Assembly: GCA_964348065.1 (NCBI GenBank)
Contig: CAYGBE010000214.1
Location: 2,572 to 66,571 of the forward strand
Direction: 5' to 3'
From: an uncultured archaeon
GTDB taxonomy: Archaea; Aenigmatarchaeota; Aenigmatarchaeia; Aenigmatarchaeales; Aenigmatarchaeaceae
DNA: 64,000 nt
Numbering within the stretch: the stretch's first letter is position 1; every line of letters starts with the position of its first letter. The notes under the pieces were generated by a model. That model saw only the letters and a list, made by a program, of their open reading frames with translations. It was not told the DNA's origin and did not search any database. Made by a program: the position numbers and the translations under genes. Below are positions 16,696 to 25,642 of this stretch, one piece after another.

Positions 16696-17331
16696 TTAAT
16701 TAATTTTATCTTCTTCCAAATGGTACTTGCCTTGTTTATAGATTTCTGGATTATGTTTTTTCCAATAGAGTTCGTTGTACCCTGTTGTTATTAGTTTTAA
16801 TTTTAAATTCTTGATTTTTTCCCTCATCCTATTTTTTATTTTTTCTATGTTTTTTTCATTTGAAACATGAGCCTCGATTTCAAGAAATTTTCCCATGTTT
16901 TTAACATCATCAAAACAAAAACCAAAATTCTCATCTTTGTATCTTTGTCTAATTTTGTCAATAACCATAGAATCTATAAAATTGTTTTTGGTTTTTAGTT
17001 CTTCTAAACTAGGGTTCATAATTCCAATCAAATCTAGAACTTTGCAGACTTTATTTATTTTTTCCAAAGAATTGGAAGTTAATGGTAAAGAAAAAGAATG
17101 TTCTTCACAATGTTCGTGTTTTTTTTCTAGATCTTCTAGATTAAATTTAAAATCCAAAGTTTTATTGTCTCTTATTCGTATGAAAAATCCTTTTTTGTAT
17201 AAATCTGCATCTTTTGTATCTAAATAAATATCAACTATTCTTTTTCTGCTAATGAAATCAAGATTTTTTAGAAATTCTTTAATTTGGGTTTCGTCTAAAA
17301 TTTGAAATTTTAATTCAATCTCAATACTCAT
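16696..17331 (-). CDS. CYTH-domain protein (triphosphate tunnel metalloenzyme / CyaB-like)
   Basis: 211 aa. The N-terminal IEIELKF carries the ExExK signature of CYTH domains, and the basic and acidic beta-strand pattern follows. Confidence 0.65.
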   Translation of the reverse strand: MSIEIELKFQILDETQIKEFLKNLDFISRKRIVDIYLDTKDADLYKKGFFIRIRDNKTLDFKFNLEDLEKKHEHCEEHSFSLPLTSNSLEKINKVCKVLDLIGIMNPSLEELKTKNNFIDSMVIDKIRQRYKDENFGFCFDDVKNMGKFLEIEAHVSNEKNIEKIKNRMREKIKNLKLKLITTGYNELYWKKHNPEIYKQGKYHLEEDKIN

Positions 17332-17350
17332 TTAATCACCAAAAGTAGAT

Positions 17351-17620
17351 GTGTGCTGGGCATAACCCATCTTCTGTGAACAAATCTTGTAAACACGTTC
17401 ATCTTTGTTTGACAGCATTCGTCTATGCGATCTACCCGCTCCTCTTTCATCACCAGAGCATGTTTGATCTTACACCTTGCCACGACTCTTTTGAACATCT
17501 TAAGCTCAATTGAATCCCAAACCTTTCAGCTTTGTTCTTACGAACGGCAAACCATTAAGGCTAAAGGTGGATGGAGTTTCCTCCGCACTGAAAGTACGGA
17601 CAGCTGTCTGCCCAGCCCAC
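17351..17620 (-). ncRNA. rnpB: RNase P RNA
   Basis: Minus strand. P1 pairs GUGGGCUGGGCA with UGCCCAGCACAC at 11 of 12 positions. P3 hairpin is CCGUAC-UUUCA-GUGCGG. The CR-I-like block is GGAGGAAACUCCAUCC and the CR-V-like block is CACAGAAGAUGGGUUAUG. The region is GC-enriched relative to its flanks. Ends are accurate to a few nt. Confidence 0.8.
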
Positions 17621-17691
17621 AAAAGAAATATTTTTTTAAACTTTAAAAAGATTTTTATACTTCACAGTAATTTCTAAAATAAAAGAATTTA

Positions 17692-20600
17692 CCAGCAGAA
17701 GCAATTAAAGGGGTCTAAGCAAAAGGTATTGGGAAGTGCAAGCTGAACACATCGCCGAAGCTTTGTGCGTACACTTCACTCCCATTAAGCGGATCGTCTA
17801 TCCGCACCAGTTACCTATTTTTCCCGGCAGTTTCCAGCTTAGATGCTTTCAGCTGTTAAGTGCTATGACGTGGCTGCCCGGCTTTACCAAAAGATAACCG
17901 GTCAACTAGAGGTCACGGATGAGCGTTCCTTTCGTACTCACCCATCCTTCGAGTCAGGTAACAACACCCTCAGTAGATATAAACCGTACTGTCTTTGTCG
18001 TCTGATGTAGGAATTTAAATTTGGTTCATAAGCTACTCCATCAGCGAATGTTTCGCATTGGGACGGTTCATTCATTACCAAATAACATACGGTAACATGA
18101 TTTCATAGCTAGCCATAGCTAAAGCTAATCATGCTATCTTTTCAGGGAAAAGAATTAGTTCCCGCACCAGATCACGACGTACTGAACCCAGCTAATGTCC
18201 CCTTTTAACCAGTGAACACCTGTACCCTTGGCCGCTACTGCACGGCCAGGAGAGGGGAAGCCGACAGCGATGAAGCAATGCGCGGGGCCAATAGGAGCTC
18301 TCGCCCGCCACGACTCCATTATCCCCGGGGTAGCTTTTCTGAAGTAACCGAGGTCCATCAATAACAGCCCGGCGTATCGTTAGCCCACGCTTTCACGATT
18401 GAATTCCTTACTGTGCAGAATTCAATAAACAATCCTTTTACGCTTACACTCTACTCTCCATTTCTGACGGAGATGAGGATTACTTTGGGCACTCTTGATC
18501 TCCTGTCAAGAGTGTACCGCCCCAGCCGAGCGGTCCACCAATCGGTGTCCCCTCGAAGTCGAAGGTTAGTCATACAATTGTAAAAGGGCAGTGTTACATT
18601 GTTGTCTATCTAAAGCCCTAAAGCTTTAGCATGACGACTCCTACCTACACTATGCAATCACAACCATATAACAACGACAGGCTACCGCAGAGCTCCACGG
18701 GGTCTACTCTTCCCCCTGAGGGTCTGTGGCCTATTCACCACAAAAGCAGGTTCGCCGGACTCCAGTCTGGGACAGCGAAGGAGTCGTTAAGCCCTTCATG
18801 CAGGTCGACATTTAATCGACAAGGGATTACGCTACCTTAAGACAGTCAGAGTTACCGCCGCCGTTAACGAGGGCTTGGATCGGTTGAAACCGACTTTCAC
18901 ACACTCGCACTGGGCAGGCCTCAGCGACTATACAAAGCATTTCTGCTTAGCAGTCACCTATGTTTTTGTTAAACAGTCGCCCCTTCCTGGTCACTGCGTC
19001 CTATGCACTTCTGCATAGGCCATCCTTATACCAAAGATACGGATCTAATTTGCCGACTTCCCTAGACTGGGATAATCCGACACGCCATTGCCTTCTCAGC
19101 AAGGATACCAGTATAGGTTCTCAGTACAATCACAAACAATCCTTTCTAATTATATTTTCAAGGACTCTAGGAATTTGCCTAACTCCGCTATACAGCAGAG
19201 CTATTTGCAGCTTCAACTGATTCTCTCCTTGACGGAACTCCTCAGTTTTAACTACTTAACTTACGTAGGCATATCTCTAAAGTGTATACAATTAGACTTG
19301 TGTTGCCACACGTATGTCTATGGTACCTGAATATTAACAGGTTTCCCTTCCCATACAGCAGTTAAGAGTATGGTTAGGTTTGACTAACTCACGACCGAAA
19401 AACGTTGTCGTGAAAACCTTGCCCTTCAGGCGGAGAGGATTCTAACCTCTCTTTGTTGCTACTACCAGCAGGATTTTCATTTCTGTACGGTCCACACTTT
19501 TTTACAAAGGTGCTTCTGTCCATACAGAACGCCTTCCTACACTATTGCTTTCGCAATCTGAGGTCTCGGTTCTTAACTTACTCCAGTCCATCTTCACCGC
19601 ACCAGCCCTAGAGAGGTCCGTTGTTACACGTTGATTATGCGATGGCAACTTCTAAGCCTACGCTCCTCCTGTTTTGGAACTGACACAAGCTTCGTGAATT
19701 AGTTAAGATTAGGGACCTTAACCTCAGGCTAGGTTGTTCCCTTTTCGGATACCAGGCTTACCCTAGCACCCTCACTCCCATCTTCTACGATGTTAACAGA
19801 TTATTAGTTTGACAGGAAAACTGGGAATTTCTTCCCTTGATTCCCCAATCAGTGCTTTACCCTGTTAACTATCTCAGACGAGGCTGTGCTAAGACACATT
19901 TCGGAAGGAACCAGCTATCACCACTTTCGATTGGCTTTTCACCCCTAACCCCAATTCATCCGAGTGGTTTCTCCAACACCGGTTCAGACTTCCACGCAGC
20001 TTTCGCTACGCTTCATCTTGATTAGGGTTAGATCAAGCGGCTTCGGGTCTTGTTCTTGTGACTTCAGGCCCTTTCAGACCTAGTATCATGCTTTCGCTAC
20101 ATACTTTTGCTTTCGCTGTGGATATCTTGCTTAACAATTTATCCTTGCCACAAAAACAAACTCCCTGCCCCGTGTTCCTAAACGAACTCCATAATCCTGT
20201 AATCTTTTGTTCGTACACACTGCTTGCGCAGCTTTCCTTCACAAAAGAACCTTTCAGACCATGGATGACTATCACCAATAGGTTTCAAGATCTTTTCAAC
20301 TCCGGTGAAGAATACTTTTCAACTTTCAGTCACCTTACTTATTCGCTATCAGACTTTCGAGATATTTAGAGTTAGTCGTTGATGACAACCACCTTTCCAC
20401 TCCCCATCCAAGGAATGGTACTCTTTTCCTGAATCAACTTTCTAGTCTTCCTTTACGCGACTATCACGCTCTATGGCATGTCGTTCCAGACAACTTCAAG
20501 TCAACTAGCGAAGTTGTACCAGGCTCCACATCTTAACTGTATTTCTACAGCAATTCGGTCTGCTCTTTTCCGCTTTTACTCGCCGTTACTAACGGAATAA

Positions 20601-20831
20601 CATTCGTTTTCTTTTCCTCCACTTACTAAGATGCTTCAATTCAGTGGGTTACCAATTCTTTCGAATCACTAGCCGAAGCTAGTATGAATTCATATTAGGG
20701 AATTCTTGGTTCAAAGGCTGCTTACGCCTACCCAAGACTTATCGCAGTTTGCTGCGCCCTTCTTCGTTCTCGAAAACTGAGCTATCCACCTATTGGCTTC
20801 CTGCTCAGACCCTTACTTCTACTTCTGCTGG
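17692..20831 (-). rRNA. 23S (LSU) rRNA gene including flanking processing stem and one intron
   Basis: The minus strand carries these universal LSU blocks:
- GGUGGAUAGCUC...CUGCGAUAAGUC near 20.8 kb
- GUAACGGCGAGUAAAAGC
- GAUAGCUGGUUCC
- GACUGUUUAACAAAAACAUAGG
- CUUAAGGUAGCGUAAUCCCUUGUCG
- GACCCCGUGGAGCU
- GCUGGGUUCAGUACGUCGUGA
- sarcin-ricin loop AGUACGAAAGGAAC
- GCUGAAAGCAUCUAAGC
The outer limits are set by a long helix pairing roughly 20790-20831 with 17692-17735. Confidence 0.95.
17994..18171 (-). other. rRNA intron (about 178 nt, no ORF), bulge-helix-bulge-like junctions
   Basis: The conserved run ...GGGUUCAGUACGUCGUGA stops at about 18172 and resumes as GACAGUACGGUUUAUAUCUACUGAGGGUG at about 17993. 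The intervening sequence is AT-rich and not rRNA-like. Exon GUCGU pairs with intron ACGAC, and the bulge GAU sits at the 5' junction. Boundaries are accurate to about 2 nt. Confidence 0.7.
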
Positions 20832-21229
20832 CATCATTGATCATAATGATCTAAAGACTCATTATACCATTTTCCTTTCATCTTAAATCAAAAGGTGTTC
20901 AATACGGTAACTCAATATCATTGTCTTCAACCCTTACACCACAAAATATTTTGCAATGCGCATCTTTTGATAAAACTTTTTTTAAAAGTTTCTTGCCATC
21001 ATTTTCCCCGTGGGTTTTTCATAGCTTTTAGCTCAATATATTTTGTTAACTCATTTGGCAATCACACTTGATAGTATGATTTTAATTTGACAATATTATG
21101 TTGTCAGAAGGAGCATCATATAGTCGCCTAATCAGCAAATTTCCAATGTTAATTTGAGGCGAACATAATATCACTTTTAGTAAAAAATTATATTACGCGA
21201 GACTATTTAAATGTTATTGTTCTTAGAAA

Positions 21230-21265
21230 AATGGTATGTTTAGAGTTCGAATCCCTGTGGGCCCA
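21230..21265 (+). other. orphan tRNA-3'-half-like element (T-arm plus 3' acceptor strand)
   Basis: AATGG-TATGTT-TAGAG-TTCGAAT-CCCTG-TGGGCCC-A. It has a canonical T-loop and a T-stem with one mismatch. No matching 5' acceptor strand, D-arm or anticodon arm was found upstream. Confidence 0.4.
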
Positions 21266-21307
21266 TATTTAAATTTCTAGTGGTAAATCTTAAGAGGTAA
21301 GATAAGA

Positions 21308-21811
21308 ATGGAAGAAATATCTACTTCAACAGCATTCAACAAATTTAAACCAGAAAATGTAGTTTTTGTTATTTCTGTTGACAAGAATGGAAAACCAAGT
21401 GGAATGGTTGCTGGATGGAGCATGAAATGTTCATTTGACCCACCTTTATTTGCTATATCAATACAAAAAGCAGGAAACACTCACAAATTGATAAGAGAAT
21501 CTAAGGAGTTTGTAATAGCTGTTCCTAATAAAGAATTAGAAAAAGAACTTTTATTCTTTGGAACAACACATGGAAATGAAGTTGATAAATTCAAAGAAAC
21601 TGGAATCAAAACAGAAAAAGCAAAACACATTAAATCTCCTTTGATAAAAGATGCAACAATAAATTTTGAATGTAAGTTAGAAGAGGAAGTTGATTCAGGA
21701 GACCATATTATTTTTATTGGAAGGATTCTTGCATCTTACTTGAATAAAGATAAAAAAGTACTATTGAACATGGGAAGTTTTGAAGGAAAAAGAATATTTA
21801 AGGATTTTTAA
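21308..21811 (+). CDS. flavin reductase-like (FMN-binding split-barrel) domain protein
   Basis: 167 aa. The pattern VVFVISVDKNGKPSGMVAGWSMKCSFDPPLFAISI...EFVIAVP...GDHIIFIGRI is typical of the flavin reductase-like domain. Confidence 0.6.
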   Translation: MEEISTSTAFNKFKPENVVFVISVDKNGKPSGMVAGWSMKCSFDPPLFAISIQKAGNTHKLIRESKEFVIAVPNKELEKELLFFGTTHGNEVDKFKETGIKTEKAKHIKSPLIKDATINFECKLEEEVDSGDHIIFIGRILASYLNKDKKVLLNMGSFEGKRIFKDF

Positions 21812-22725
21812 CACAAATATTTGCTTACATCTTCTATTTCATCAAATGTTAATGTTTCAAAAGGTGGAACAACTATATTCAATATTTCTATAGAAATATT
21901 TTTTTCAGCACAGAACCACATTGCTCTAGCATGTTTACGGGTGTATTCATTAAAACTAGCATTAAAAGTCCAATAATAGCCGTTCTTAAATGAGGTGCTT
22001 CTAAAATTATAATAGTTGTAGTGTTCAGAATCCCAACCCATAGAACTTTCTACATCTTTTCTATATGCTTCATAAGTTGTATTAACATCATAATATTGAT
22101 AGTATTTGTCCCATATTTTCTCATCTAATGTAATAATAAATTCTCCAGGTTCACCCCATGTTGTTTTTCCATAAGATACTAGAAAATTGTCTTTATTTAT
22201 TCCTATTCCAGAAAATGGATGATCTGCTTTATTGAAAAAATCATGAACTTGTTTATTAAATATAAAAGAAAAATCATCAGGCAAAGTAACTGTTATTTCA
22301 TCAACTTCACCATCAAATGTGCAATCATAATTTTCTAAGGCATCAAACAGTTCTTTTTTTTGTTCAAGTTCTTGCCACCAAACCTCAAAACTAATGTTTG
22401 GAACGCATTTCAAACTTATAAAAGGATAATTATCAGTTTCCATACTGTTTTCTGAAAATTCCTCATCAACATTACGAATTCTAATAAAACCTTTGTTAGA
22501 TCCTATTTCTAAATCATACAAGTAAGTACTCACATACTTTTCAGTTGAATTATCCAAATCGAATAAAGAAACTATTTCATTGGTTATTTTATAAGGTAAC
22601 TTTACAGTTAAAGATTTAATAGAAGTTATTCCTGTTTCTGGTTTGTATAAAAATAAAATCACAAGAATTATTAAAATTATAATTGCTGTAGCAAAAATTA
22701 ATGATTTTTTCTGTTTTTTATTCAT
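21808..22725 (-). CDS. hypothetical membrane-anchored or secreted protein
   Basis: 305 aa. An N-terminal KKQKKSLIFATAIIILIILVILFLY anchor is followed by an aromatic-rich soluble domain. No family recognised. Confidence 0.35.
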   Translation of the reverse strand: MNKKQKKSLIFATAIIILIILVILFLYKPETGITSIKSLTVKLPYKITNEIVSLFDLDNSTEKYVSTYLYDLEIGSNKGFIRIRNVDEEFSENSMETDNYPFISLKCVPNISFEVWWQELEQKKELFDALENYDCTFDGEVDEITVTLPDDFSFIFNKQVHDFFNKADHPFSGIGINKDNFLVSYGKTTWGEPGEFIITLDEKIWDKYYQYYDVNTTYEAYRKDVESSMGWDSEHYNYYNFRSTSFKNGYYWTFNASFNEYTRKHARAMWFCAEKNISIEILNIVVPPFETLTFDEIEDVSKYLC

Positions 22726-22748
22726 ACAATAAAAATTACTTTTTGTAT

Positions 22749-23963
22749 TTAAATAAACTTCAAAACTTCTTCCATAAAATCTTCAATGTTTATAACAGGA
22801 CCTTGTTTACAACTTTCCTCATCTAATTTTTCAACCTCATTTGCTTTTATTCCGTTTGTATAAAACAAGAAAGGCATGAAACCTGAAATGTGTTCTCCTG
22901 TTTTAGAAGATGTTGGATGATCAGAACAAACAACTAGTAATATCTTATCAAAGTTTCCATATTCCAAAATTCTTCTAAAAACTTCTCTATCAAGCTTTTC
23001 TAAAAACAAAGCTCCCAATCTCGGATTCCTATCATGAGAGCAAATATCAGTTCCAAGTATGTGTAAAATAACAAAATTATATTTGTTTAACAAATCCAAA
23101 GCTTTCAAGGTTTTTGATCTAAAATCTGTTTTAAGATCAGCAGTTGCACCAGGAATTTTTTCAACATGCATTTCCATTGCTCTTGCAATTCCTTTTATAA
23201 CTGGAGATGCAGCAACACAAGCTCCATTAAAACCAAATTTATCTTTAAAACTTTTTACATATCTATAACAACTTGCACCCCTTAACAAAATGTAATTTGC
23301 AGGAATATTTCTATATTTATTCGAAGGATGATCTTTTAGAATCCTATAAATCTCTTTTGAAAATTTGTTTAATGCTGCAGCAGTTTTAAAGGCTTTATCA
23401 TCGTCTCTTAAAGGTCTTATATCCAAAACTTCTTTACCTTCTGTTCCAGGATCAGAATCACTTACATCAGTAGAAACATCAACGCTATTTATAGCAACAA
23501 CTCCTCTGTGAGCTAAAGATTTATAAAAATCAATTCTAACACCATCTAAGAAAAATTCTTTAATTGATTTTGACATTTCAAATAAACCACTATTATCTCT
23601 CCCAGCTCTTCTGTCAGTAACAATTAATCTTGGTTTATAATCTCCTGTTCTAAATTTATCTTCGACTATTTCTTTTACAGTTGCAAAATTGGCTCTAATG
23701 TAAACACTTCCAGGAATTATTCTCAAATTCATTCCTAAAGCTTCTAAATAACCTCTTCCAGTATATTCTTCTTTTTGATATCCTAATAAAACAAAATTTG
23801 ATATTCCAGAATCAGGGTGAGCACCTTCTCTATTTTCTATTAAACCTGCAAAACCATTTTTTGTTAACATGTCTAGGTTTGGTTTATTGGCTAGCATCAA
23901 AGGTGTTTTCTTAATATCGTCTGCATAACCATCAAGAATAACGAATAGAACCTTTTTAGGCAT
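22749..23963 (-). CDS. apgM: cofactor-independent phosphoglycerate mutase, archaeal type
   Basis: 404 aa. The N-terminal KKVLFVILDGYAD and the C-terminal CSDHPT...GEH motifs are those of the alkaline-phosphatase-superfamily aPGAM. Confidence 0.75.
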   Translation of the reverse strand: MPKKVLFVILDGYADDIKKTPLMLANKPNLDMLTKNGFAGLIENREGAHPDSGISNFVLLGYQKEEYTGRGYLEALGMNLRIIPGSVYIRANFATVKEIVEDKFRTGDYKPRLIVTDRRAGRDNSGLFEMSKSIKEFFLDGVRIDFYKSLAHRGVVAINSVDVSTDVSDSDPGTEGKEVLDIRPLRDDDKAFKTAAALNKFSKEIYRILKDHPSNKYRNIPANYILLRGASCYRYVKSFKDKFGFNGACVAASPVIKGIARAMEMHVEKIPGATADLKTDFRSKTLKALDLLNKYNFVILHILGTDICSHDRNPRLGALFLEKLDREVFRRILEYGNFDKILLVVCSDHPTSSKTGEHISGFMPFLFYTNGIKANEVEKLDEESCKQGPVINIEDFMEEVLKFI

Positions 23964-23998
23964 AATAATAATTATTATAAACTATTATATATTCAATT

Positions 23999-25642
23999 AT
24001 GAAAGCTGTTTCAGCAATACTTGCTATTGTTCTCTTAATCATTATTGTTGTTGGTATTGTTGGGTTATCATATACCTTCTTTACAAGTTTATTCTCCACA
24101 ACTACAACAGCAGCTCAAAATACAACAATTCATCAGGTAGAGCAACTGAAAACACAGGTCAGAATAATATCAATGAATATAAATGATGTTGCTGTGAGAA
24201 ATACTGGTTTAAATGATCTGACTGAACTTGATGTTATGGTCAATGGAGAACTTGCTGACTATGCTTTAGAACCTCCTGTTATTGAGCCTAATGAAGTAGG
24301 AATTGTAAAAATATTGGATTTCATTGAAGAAGATGATAAAATCGAGATGACAACTGGTTTAGGTACAGTTAGTATTGAAGCACCTGATCCTTGTGAGGAA
24401 GCTGTTCTTTGTTTAAATTTTGATGATGGAATTGGAAAAACAGCAGAAGATTCTTCCACATACAATAATGATGGGACTTTCTATGGAGAAACTTTTAATG
24501 ATGGAACTATTAATGGAGCCACTAGAGTTGATGGTAAATATGGTAAAGGTTTAAAATTTGATGGCGATGATGATTATATTAACGTTAATGATGATAGCAG
24601 TCTAAATTTTGGGATAGGAGATTTCACTTTAGCAACATGGATTAAAACTACTATGGATGCAACTACAGGATATGAAACAATCGTAGGTAAAGTAGGTCCT
24701 TCCCCCTATGATTTTTATCTTCTATTACTTAATAGCAATGAAAGAATTCGTTTTGGAGTAAATGATGGGACAAATTTCACGTACATTTATGGGACAACTA
24801 ACGTATCAGATGGTAAATGGCATCATGTAGCTGCTGTAAGGAGAACTGCTACTGGAAAACTCGAAATATATGTTGATGGACAATTAGATGGAACTCCAGG
24901 TGCTGATACATTTGGTGATATAGATACAAGTGGTGGAAATCTTGAAATAGGAAGGGATAGAGGTATTGTTAATAGATATTTTGATGGCATTATAGATGAA
25001 GTTCGGATATACAGTCATTCTTTAACTCAAGAAGAAATTCAAACAGAAATGCAAAGTTCTATGCCAATAATAAGAACAGTAGCATCTTATAGTTTTGAAG
25101 AAACAGGACAATATGTTAATGACACTCATATTTGGGTTAAGGGAAAATCTGGTTCTGCTTTGAGTTTTGATGGAATTGATGATTATGTCAATATTTCTGA
25201 TTCTTCGAGTTTAGATATTAGTGGTGGGATCACAATTGAATTTTGGACTTATAAAATGGGGGGTCTAGGTAGCTATAATGGTACCATTTCTAAAGGTAAT
25301 TATCAAAATGCTTATTCTGTAATTTATAAATTTGATTGGATGCCAGAAGGTCCTCCTTATGCTACATATTTAAGATTTTACTTAGAAAACACAACAGGTG
25401 AAACAGTAAATTTGAAAGCGTATGAAGGCAATCTTAGTGGGTGGATGCATTATGTGTTTACATATGATGGACAAAAAATGAGAGTTTATGTAAATGGGAA
25501 TAAAACCAATGAAGTAGAACATACTGGACCTATAAGAACGAACAATCAACCTCTAGAAATTGGTAGAATTTACTTGAGTTTTTATCGTTATATTAAAAGT
25601 ACTATAGATGAAATTCGTATTTACAAAAAAGCAATTTATTAA
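23999..25642 (+). CDS. pilin-signal surface protein with two LamG/concanavalin-A-like lectin domains
   Basis: 547 aa. MKA|VSAILAIVLLIIIVVGIVG is an archaeal pilin N-terminal pattern. Two repeats follow, each with LxFDDG...NDG...GKxGxxLxFDG.DDYxxx...WHHV...YVDG...FDGxIDEVRIY, which are typical LamG laminin-G-like modules. Confidence 0.65.
   Translation: MKAVSAILAIVLLIIIVVGIVGLSYTFFTSLFSTTTTAAQNTTIHQVEQLKTQVRIISMNINDVAVRNTGLNDLTELDVMVNGELADYALEPPVIEPNEVGIVKILDFIEEDDKIEMTTGLGTVSIEAPDPCEEAVLCLNFDDGIGKTAEDSSTYNNDGTFYGETFNDGTINGATRVDGKYGKGLKFDGDDDYINVNDDSSLNFGIGDFTLATWIKTTMDATTGYETIVGKVGPSPYDFYLLLLNSNERIRFGVNDGTNFTYIYGTTNVSDGKWHHVAAVRRTATGKLEIYVDGQLDGTPGADTFGDIDTSGGNLEIGRDRGIVNRYFDGIIDEVRIYSHSLTQEEIQTEMQSSMPIIRTVASYSFEETGQYVNDTHIWVKGKSGSALSFDGIDDYVNISDSSSLDISGGITIEFWTYKMGGLGSYNGTISKGNYQNAYSVIYKFDWMPEGPPYATYLRFYLENTTGETVNLKAYEGNLSGWMHYVFTYDGQKMRVYVNGNKTNEVEHTGPIRTNNQPLEIGRIYLSFYRYIKSTIDEIRIYKKAIY

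Noticed and set aside
17425-17646. 73-aa plus-strand ORF in the track
   Set aside because: It lies entirely inside the RNase P RNA gene, on the opposite strand. The reading frame is a by-product of the GC-richer structured RNA.
19080-19330. AT-rich stretch inside the 23S, suspected to be a second intron
   Set aside because: The spacing between flanking conserved blocks (GTPase-centre region to the GACUGUUUAACAAAAACAUAGG block) is about the same as in standard LSU rRNAs. It looks like normal variable domain III/IV sequence.
18155-20369. Seven ORFs of 62-103 aa on both strands (18155-18361, 18631-18840, 18960-19220, 19088-19330, 19837-20025, 20033-20278, 20058-20369)
   Set aside because: All fall within the 23S rRNA gene. 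Conserved rRNA blocks run straight through them, so they are not coding.
20795-20845. C/D-box-like pattern (AUGAUGC ... CUGA) on the minus strand just upstream of the 23S
   Set aside because: The boxes lie within the rRNA processing helix. There are no C' or D' boxes and no terminal stem. This is most likely coincidence.
21010-21265. Attempt to build a full intron-containing tRNA from GGGTTTT (about 21012) plus the 3' half at 21230-21265
   Set aside because: The acceptor would need three G-U pairs and a U-U mismatch. No D-arm or anticodon arm is present, and the implied intron of about 170 nt has no BHB.
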